Part shown: in pieces, positions 57,298-64,000 of the stretch | Layout: every line of letters starts with the position of its first letter | How positions within the stretch are numbered: the first letter of the stretch is position 1 | DNA from: Synechococcales cyanobacterium CRU_2_2 | Lineage (GTDB): Bacteria; Cyanobacteriota; Cyanobacteriia; PCC-9006; JAAUQQ01 | NCBI GenBank assembly: GCA_012034805.1 | Contig: JAAUOP010000004.1 | Coordinates: 7,843-71,842, forward strand | DNA: 64,000 bases | Reading direction: 5' to 3' | Translations under genes and position numbers: made by a program | The notes under the pieces: model-generated | Databases searched by the model: none | Told to the model about the DNA's origin: nothing | What the model saw: the letters and a program-made list of their open reading frames with translations, nothing else

Positions 57298-58083
57298 CTA
57301 AAACGTAAGTTTTGGCATCGCGCTGACTTGCTGGTAGCTCGTCCAATCAAATTGCAGCGGCGTGATTGTGATCCAGTTTCTGTGGATGCTTTGAACATCC
57401 GTGGGCGGCAGCTCGGGCTGGGGCGGGTTAAAGGAATCCACATCTTCTAGGACTTCCCCCGCCAGCCAGAAGTAGGTTTTGCCCCTAGGGTCAACGCGGC
57501 GCTCGAAAATATCGTGGTAGCGGCGGACGCCCTGGCGGGTGAGTTGGACACCGGCGATCGCCCCCCGTTCGACATCCGGAATATTCACATTCAGCAACAC
57601 CCCCTCCGGCGCGGGCTGTTCCTTCAGCTGGGCCAGCAGCGACACCGCAAAATCCGCTGCCACCTGGAACTGTCGTGATTTGTAGCTAGCCAAACTCAAA
57701 GCCACACTGGGTATGCCTTCGATGGTGCCTTCCATCGCCGCCGACACTGTGCCGGAATAGAGCACATCGGTGCCTAAATTTGGGCCATGGTTAATCCCTG
57801 AGACCACAAAATCAGGCGGCTGGGGCAAAATTGCCCCGAGAGCCAGCTTGACGCAATCGGCGGGTGTTCCCGAACAGGCCCATGCTTCGACGCCCTCCGC
57901 AAAAATTGAGCTGACCTGCTCCGCCCGCAGCGGGTCGTGGAGCGTGAGACCGTGGCCCGTGGCCGATCGCTCGCCGTCGGGACAAACGACCGTGATCTCA
58001 TGGCCTGCTGCGGCCAGCGTGTTGGCCAGAGTTTGGATGCCGAGGGCAAAAATACCATCGTCGTTACTGATCAGGAGGCGCAT
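57298..58083 (-). CDS. surE: 5'/3'-nucleotidase SurE
   Basis: From ATG 58083 it reads [44 protein letters not shown]. Confidence 0.9.
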   Translation of the reverse strand: MRLLISNDDGIFALGIQTLANTLAAAGHEITVVCPDGERSATGHGLTLHDPLRAEQVSSIFAEGVEAWACSGTPADCVKLALGAILPQPPDFVVSGINHGPNLGTDVLYSGTVSAAMEGTIEGIPSVALSLASYKSRQFQVAADFAVSLLAQLKEQPAPEGVLLNVNIPDVERGAIAGVQLTRQGVRRYHDIFERRVDPRGKTYFWLAGEVLEDVDSFNPPQPELPPTDVQSIHRNWITITPLQFDWTSYQQVSAMPKLTF

Positions 58084-58289
58084 AGGATGTAGTGGGAAGG
58101 AGTCGGGAAGGCGTGAGGAAGAAGACAGGCCCAGGAGGCGAAATCTCTGCTCCCTTCGAGATATATCATCAAAACCCACCTTCCCCCTGTCATTTGCCGC
58201 CCCTTGCCATTTGCCGTCCCTTGTCGTTTGCCGTTAGGATGACCGAGTGAAATCCTGAGTCCCCGCCAGAATTAGCCCACGCCAACACC

Positions 58290-59291
58290 ATGACTTTTTC
58301 CGTAACTGACCTCGAAACACAACTCATTCAGCTCCAGACGCAGGCGTTGGGGGCGATCGCCCAAAGCGAAACCCTAAAAGACCTGGAGCAATTGCGGGTG
58401 CGATTCTTGGGCAAGAAGGGCGAACTCTCGAAGATTTTGGGCGGCATGGGCAAGCTCGACGGTGCGACCCGTCCGCTGATCGGCAAACGCGCCAATGAAG
58501 TCAAAACGGCGCTCACCGATGGCCTCGAAGACAAGCTCAAGGCGCTGCAAACCGCCCAGCTCGAAGCCCAACTCCAAGCCGATGTTCTGGATGTGACCAT
58601 GCCGGGAGCCTATGCGCCCCAGGGTCGGCAGCATCCGCTCAACAGCACGATCGATCGCCTGCTGGATATCCTCGTTGGCCTGGGTTACACCGTCGCCTCC
58701 GGCCCCGAAATGGAGTCAGACTACTACAACTTCGAATCGCTCAACACCCCCCCAGACCACCCCGCCCGCGACATGCAGGACACCTTCTACCTGCCCGACG
58801 GCAACCTACTGCGCACCCACACCTCCTCCGTTCAAATTCGCTATATGGAAGCCCACGAGCCACCCCTTCGCGTCGTCGCACCGGGCCGGGTTTATCGCCG
58901 CGATACTGTGGATGCCACCCACTCGGCAGTGTTTCATCAAATCGAATTGCTGGCGGTGGATCAAAACCTCACCTTTGGTGACCTCAAGGGCACCGTCAAA
59001 ACCTTCTTGAAAGAGATCTTTGGCGATTTGCCGATTCGCTTCCGCGCCAGCTATTTCCCCTTCACCGAGCCCTCCGCCGAAGTGGATGTGCAGTGGCAGG
59101 GCAAGTGGCTTGAGGTCATGGGCTGCGGCATGGTGGATCCCAACGTGTTTAAGGCCGTGGGCTACGATCCCGAGCGATACACCGGCTTCGCGGCGGGCCT
59201 GGGCGTGGAGCGCTTTGCGATGGTGCTGCATCAGATGGACGACATTCGCCGCTTGTATGGCAGCGATCTGCGCTTTTTGCGCCAGTTCTAG
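58290..59291 (+). CDS. pheS: phenylalanine--tRNA ligase alpha subunit
   Basis: [21 protein letters not shown] and [17 protein letters not shown] are class II aaRS PheS motifs. Confidence 0.95.
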   Translation: MTFSVTDLETQLIQLQTQALGAIAQSETLKDLEQLRVRFLGKKGELSKILGGMGKLDGATRPLIGKRANEVKTALTDGLEDKLKALQTAQLEAQLQADVLDVTMPGAYAPQGRQHPLNSTIDRLLDILVGLGYTVASGPEMESDYYNFESLNTPPDHPARDMQDTFYLPDGNLLRTHTSSVQIRYMEAHEPPLRVVAPGRVYRRDTVDATHSAVFHQIELLAVDQNLTFGDLKGTVKTFLKEIFGDLPIRFRASYFPFTEPSAEVDVQWQGKWLEVMGCGMVDPNVFKAVGYDPERYTGFAAGLGVERFAMVLHQMDDIRRLYGSDLRFLRQF

Positions 59292-59372
59292 TTCTGGTTC
59301 TGGCGGAGGCGAAATGTTTCACCCCAGGGGAGTGGCGAAGTGAGATTGGAGCGATGAGCAGAAGTACGAATT

Positions 59373-61030
59373 ATGGATGTGCCCGCAAAGCTAAATGACT
59401 TACTTCAGCTAGCCTCCGAAAATGAAGTAGTCGAATTTAAAACTGCAAAAAGCAGCTTTCACTTTGACGAATTAGGTAAATACTTCTCCGCTCTCAGTAA
59501 CGAAGCCAACCTCAAAATAAGCCCGAAGCGTGGCTTGTCTTTGGCGTGAACGACAATCGTCAAGTCGTCGGCACCCACTACCATCCCAATCGCCCCAGCC
59601 TTGATAAACTCAAAAAAGGTATCGCCGACAAAACCAGCAACAACATCACCTGGATCGAAATCCACGAAATCCAGCACCCCAATGGTCGTGTAATTCTCTT
59701 TGAAATCCCCCCCGCGCCCCAAGGGATACCTACCGCTTTTAATGGGCATTACTATGGGCGAAATGGTGAATCCCTTGGCCCCCTAAACCTCGAAAAAATC
59801 GAACGCATCCGCAACCAAGCGATCCAAGAAGACTGGAGCGCCGCGCTTGTTTCTGACGCCACCCTCGACGATCTAGACCCAGAAGCCCTCCGCATCGCCC
59901 GCGAAAATTACAAAAGGAAATTTCCCAGCAAAACCCTAGAACTAGATGATTGGGACGACCCCACTTTCCTTAACAAAACCAAACTTACCATCAAAGGCAA
60001 ACTCACCCGCACAACCCTCCTTCTCCTTGGCAAAGACGAAGCCGAACACTTCCTCCCCGGCGACCCCAAACTCCGCTGGATCCTCAAAGATCACCAAGGC
60101 AACGATCGTGACTACGCCATCTTCGGCCTCCCTCTTCTCCTCGCCGTTGATAAAATCTATGCAAAAATCCGTAACCTCAAATATCGCTACATGCCCGCAG
60201 GCACCCTCTTCCCCGAAGAACTCGACCAATACGAACCCTACTCCATCCGCGAAGCCATCAATAACTGCATCGCCCACCAAGACTACACTTTAGCCGGACG
60301 TATCAACATCATCGAACGAGAAGACAGCCTCCTCTTCACTAACCTCGGCAGCTTTGCCCCCGGCAACGTCCAGCGCGTTGTGCTCGAAGACGCCCCCGAA
60401 GAACATTACCGCAACCGCTTTTTATCCGTCGCCATGTTCAACCTCAACATGGTCGATACCGCAGGCGGCGGTATCCGTAAAATGTTTCTGTTCCAGAAAG
60501 ATCGATTTTTTCCACTACCGGACTACGAACTATCCGATCGCCGAGTCCAGCTCACCCTCACCGGCAAAATCCTCGACGAAGACTACGCCCAACTCCTCGC
60601 CCGCAACAGCGACCTCAGCCTCCTCGACATCATGGCCCTCGACAAAGTCCAAAAGAAAAAGCCCCTCACCCAAGCCGAAGAAAAACGCCTCAAATCCAAA
60701 TCCCTTATCGAAGGCCGCAAACCCAACTTCTACATCGCCAAACCGATCGCTCAACAAACCGGACAAAAAGCTGAATACAGCAACAACAGAGCCTTTGACA
60801 ATCAGTACTACATCGACCTGATCTGCAAAGCCATCACAGAACATGGCTCCCTCAACCGCAAAGACATCGATGCTCTCCTCTGGAACAAGCTACCGAACTG
60901 GATGGATGACAAGCAGCGAAAAAGTAAAATAGGCAACATTCTAACGACCTGTCGGCGGAGCGGCCTGATCATCAATGCAGGATCCGATGCTCAGTCCAAA
61001 TGGGTTCTCTTAAATAAGCCATCAGATTAG
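59373..61030 (+). pseudogene. AlbA_2/Schlafen-like putative DNA-binding ATP-binding protein with an apparent 1-nt frameshift at the A4 run (59514-59517)
   Basis: ATG 59373 gives MDVPAKLNDLLQLASENEVVEFKTAKSSFHFDELGKYFSALSNEANLK and then goes out of frame. The next frame reads NKPEAWLVFGVNDNRQVVGTHY and continues as ORF 59546-61030. Confidence 0.65.
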
Positions 61031-61216
61031 AACACTTAAGAGAGCAACATCCTCTGTCAGAGAGGAGATTCCCTTCCCAGCAAGGATCTTAGCTCTTTTA
61101 AGGTAGACAAATTTAAGAGAGCTTACAAGAATGGCCACCCTCGATGCTTATGCTGTCGTGTGTTTGTCCCCAGTACGGTCTGGGGCGCTGTATTTTATCT
61201 ATATGAGCTGTACGAT

Positions 61217-63454
61217 CTAGACGCGCAATAGGTACTCGGCAATGTCGGCGGCGGGCAAGAGGGGGCTGATGAAATTGCCTTGGACTTCGGGGCAATGGAG
61301 CGATCGCAACACCTCCAACTGCTCCGCTGACTCCACCCCCTGGGCCACCACCGGCAGCGACAGGCACTGACCCAGGCCCAGCAGCGCCGAAATTACAGTC
61401 CGCTGCCTGCAAGCGCCTTCGTCCAGGGCTTCAGGTGAGGGTGCTTGCATCCCTTCAATCAAGCGGCGATCGAGCTTCAACCGGCGCAGCGGTAATTGTG
61501 CCAGCGCCTCTACCCCAATTTGTCCAGCCCCAAACTGGTGCAAAACAATCTCAATCCCCAGGTGGTTCAATTTTTTCAACACGCTTTGGGTATAGCTCAA
61601 ATCCTGGCGCAGAGTTGATTCGTCGAGCTCCAGGGCCAGCTTAATTCGACAGGTCGGATTGAACGATCGCCCCAGCGTTGCCATCACCGCAGAGGACTGA
61701 AACTGTTGCTCTGAAAGGTTGAGCGAAACCGACTCGAGGGCAATATTTGCAGACTGCCAGATTTGCAGTTGCTCACACACCGATTGAATGACCCACTCGC
61801 CCAGTTCAACCATCAGCCCGGCCTGTTTGGCCTGGGGTAGAAATTCTGTAGCCGTCAACAACCCCTGTTCTGGGTGTTGCCAACGCAAAAAAGCTTCCAG
61901 GCCATAGTTGCAGCCGTCGCTAAGGCGCACCTGGGGTTGGTAATGCAGTTGTAACTCCTGGTCGAATCTGGCGCTATCAGAATCAGAGCTTTGCACCAGC
62001 GCCCTCCGCAGCGCGGTTGTCCAACTTTGGTGCTTGGATGCGAGGGAGTTCATTTCTGTGCGAAAAAATTGATAGTGGTCGCGGCCTTCTTCCTTGACCC
62101 GATATAAGGCAGTGTCAGCGTTTCGCAATAGCGCCGACACCTCACTGCCATCCTGGGGATAGATGGCGATGCCAATGCTACCCGAAATTTCCAAGCACTG
62201 ATCCTCAATCTCGAAGGGCTCCCTCAGCGTTGCGAGCAGTCGTTGACAAATTTTGACCACATCGTCGCTAGACTGCAAATTGGGCAGACAGAGCGTAAAC
62301 TCATCGCCACCCCAGCGGGCGAGGATGTCCTCTTCACGCAGGCAGGTTTGCAATCGCCGGGTTGCTTGAATGAGCAGTTGATCTCCGTATTCGTGACCGA
62401 GGGTGTCGTTGATCTGTTTGAACCGATCGAGATCTAGAAACATCACCGCCACAGGCTCCTGGGTGCGGCGGGCGTGGGCGATCGCCAGGGGCAAGCGATG
62501 ATTGAACAACATCCGATTGGGCAACCCGGTGAGCAAGTCATGGAAGGCTTGGTGCTGGATTTGCTCGTCCCTGCGCTGCCGTCGGATGGCGCTGCTGAAG
62601 TTGTCGGCCAGGGCCACGAGGGTGGAGTGCTCGTGGGTAGACCAGACCCGAGCTTGCTGGCAGGCTTCGCAGCCGATGTAGCCCCAGAGCTCGGTTTCTG
62701 ACAAGACAATGGGCACCATCAGCGCCGATTTCACCTGGTAACGCCGCAGCTGCGCTTGTTCTGTCACCGGAAATTCTTCGAGCACCCCTCCAATGGACTG
62801 CCGCGCCTCAAAGGCAGAACGCCAGCGACCGAGACCGGTTTGCTCGTAGGAGCAGTCTTGCCAGCGGTGCTCATGGGCGATCGCTCCCTTGCCCAAGGCT
62901 TCAAACTTGAGCGTAAACCGCAGTTCACCGTGCCTATATTCGTCCTGCGCGTGTTCACCATGCCCGTGTTCACCATGCCCGTGTTCACCATGCCCGTGTT
63001 CACCATGCCCGTGTTCACCATACTTGTGCGCTTCGTGCTCCCCTGCCAGGGACGCTGGGTTGGGGGATAAACCAGAGGACTGAACGTGCTCGCAGAGGTA
63101 GAGGCGATCGATGCTCAAAGCTGCGCGTAAATGTTCGAGCGATCTGGGGAAGGCTGCGGACAAGTTGGAATGGCGCAGGAGGATGCGGGTTGCATTGGCT
63201 AACCCTAACAGGCAGCGCTCACGCTGCAAAACTGCAGCGGGCGACAACGGCTCTACCAAGTTGGGTTGGGCCAAGCTGGGTTGGGCCAAGCTAGGTTGGG
63301 GCCAGCGATCGCTCATTTCTGTGGAGGAAGGCCGAATCAGTTCCACAAAGGCTAAACGGCTGTTTTGCCGCGAAGAGAGTGCAGAGGTGGGCAATCCGTT
63401 GCACCGAGACGGGTTGCACCACATCACGACGCCTACAGTAAAACATTTGGGCAT
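61217..63454 (-). CDS. GAF-GGDEF-EAL signalling protein (diguanylate cyclase/phosphodiesterase)
   Basis: GGDEF evidence is LTGLPNR..DLDRFKQINDTLGH..RWGGDEF. EAL evidence is YQPQV..LEAFLRW. The N-terminal sensor region carries an HGEHG repeat insert. The start is uncertain; the internal ATG codon for MSDRWPQ (about 63314-63316) is possible. Confidence 0.85.
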   Translation of the reverse strand: MPKCFTVGVVMWCNPSRCNGLPTSALSSRQNSRLAFVELIRPSSTEMSDRWPQPSLAQPSLAQPNLVEPLSPAAVLQRERCLLGLANATRILLRHSNLSAAFPRSLEHLRAALSIDRLYLCEHVQSSGLSPNPASLAGEHEAHKYGEHGHGEHGHGEHGHGEHGHGEHAQDEYRHGELRFTLKFEALGKGAIAHEHRWQDCSYEQTGLGRWRSAFEARQSIGGVLEEFPVTEQAQLRRYQVKSALMVPIVLSETELWGYIGCEACQQARVWSTHEHSTLVALADNFSSAIRRQRRDEQIQHQAFHDLLTGLPNRMLFNHRLPLAIAHARRTQEPVAVMFLDLDRFKQINDTLGHEYGDQLLIQATRRLQTCLREEDILARWGGDEFTLCLPNLQSSDDVVKICQRLLATLREPFEIEDQCLEISGSIGIAIYPQDGSEVSALLRNADTALYRVKEEGRDHYQFFRTEMNSLASKHQSWTTALRRALVQSSDSDSARFDQELQLHYQPQVRLSDGCNYGLEAFLRWQHPEQGLLTATEFLPQAKQAGLMVELGEWVIQSVCEQLQIWQSANIALESVSLNLSEQQFQSSAVMATLGRSFNPTCRIKLALELDESTLRQDLSYTQSVLKKLNHLGIEIVLHQFGAGQIGVEALAQLPLRRLKLDRRLIEGMQAPSPEALDEGACRQRTVISALLGLGQCLSLPVVAQGVESAEQLEVLRSLHCPEVQGNFISPLLPAADIAEYLLRV

Positions 63455-63925
63455 TCATGACATGAGGACAAGGCCGCGCGCTGTTGGTAGCGAACGGCTG
63501 AACGATCATTCCGTATTAAATTCAGTATCAATATAGGGTCTGTGTCTGAAAAATGGCTAAATACCACCAATTTTGACGTGCATTCGACGCAGGACGATCC
63601 AACCCTAGACTCGAGCAAAGCTAGGTCTATCCGCCTCTTTGCCCAAATTCTGCTCAGCCCTAGGTTGCGCGATCGCGTTTGAACTGCTGGTCATAATCTT
63701 GCTCTGAAACCAGTGGACTGGCTGTGATTCTCTTCATACGCGCCGCTATGGGAGTAGCCTTTTCAACAACAAAGCTAGCTAGCGAATTGTGCTCTAGATT
63801 TTCTTTTTTCACAAGAATATTTACAGAAAGCAATGGTCTGCAAAACGGTCTTGAAGCAAAATCCGGACGAACGGCGGTTCGTCTCTACGGCAAATATCCC
63901 TTGAATCAGTAACCCCAAAACTCCA

Positions 63926-63974
63926 AAAAACGCATCAAAAAGCCGTCGAGGCTGGATGACTCAGCCGCCGACGG
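63926..63974 (-). terminator. rho-independent terminator of a minus-strand gene lying beyond the window end
   Basis: ccgtcg (63943-63948) pairs with cgacgg (63969-63974). On the minus strand the hairpin is followed by cTTTTTgatgcgTTTTTT. Confidence 0.55.
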
Positions 63975-64000
63975 TTCTAGATCGAGCAGTGGCTCGGGGA

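Noticed and set aside
63724-63912. 62-aa ORF and a gacgaac-ggcg-gttcgtc hairpin (63866-63885) near the window end
   Set aside because: The ORF has no family resemblance or SD. The hairpin lacks a clear U-tract. There is too little context to call a gene or an sRNA.
1-64000. Search for tRNA, rRNA and tmRNA genes (for example next to the integrase or at the island edges)
   Set aside because: No cloverleaf-compatible sequence with a GTTCGAATC-type T-arm, and no rRNA-like stretch, was recognised by eye. A tRNAscan or Rfam run is needed to be sure.

Overview
This is a cyanobacterial chromosomal segment. HIP1 octamers (GCGATCGC) occur throughout, and the window carries phylloquinone men genes, ndhS and PatA-type regulators. 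No rRNA, tRNA or CRISPR array was recognised by eye.

Layout:
- 1-5.4 kb: TetR plus an RND efflux adaptor/permease operon.
- 5.5-11.2 kb: an accessory patch. It holds a VOC protein, an MscS remnant, a Coq4-like gene with a duplicated 5' fragment, a frameshifted MacA/HlyD-like adaptor, an orphan RHS C-terminal toxin tip with an immunity-like ORF, and a GT2 glycosyltransferase.
- 11.3-29.6 kb: a decaying plasmid-like/integrative island. It carries toxin-antitoxin-like pairs and remnants, two paralogous hypothetical genes, a RadC/JAB protein, a nuclease remnant, RHH proteins, a GNAT, a small tyrosine recombinase, an AT-rich PEP-CTERM gene, a ParA plus RHH partner with repeated boxes, two large phased repeat arrays, and an IS4-like element.
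- 30-34.4 kb: menA, menC, menE (frameshifted) and a DHNA-CoA thioesterase.
- 34.4-43.2 kb: infC, an ABC/ABC-2/GldG/DUF4340 operon, a TPR protein, an M23 peptidase and ndhS.
- 43.2-55.5 kb: a Hmp/Pil-type chemosensory cluster (PatA-type regulator, CheY, CheW, MCP, split Hpt/CheA) with a divergent coiled-coil gene.
- 55.5-64 kb: GNAT, ABC-2 permease, surE, pheS, a frameshifted AlbA_2/Schlafen-like gene and a GAF-GGDEF-EAL protein.

Most unusual signals:
- A roughly 530-bp helically phased 11-bp GTCAA array, followed by a 12-bp TCCAG array.
- ACTC-containing 15-17-bp boxes that bracket the par genes and also lie inside the partner gene's coding sequence.
- An orphan RHS toxin/immunity module.

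At least nine apparent single-base frameshifts hit otherwise conserved genes. They probably reflect assembly indels rather than biology, so every pseudogene call here is provisional. All family assignments are from reading the translations; no database search was run.
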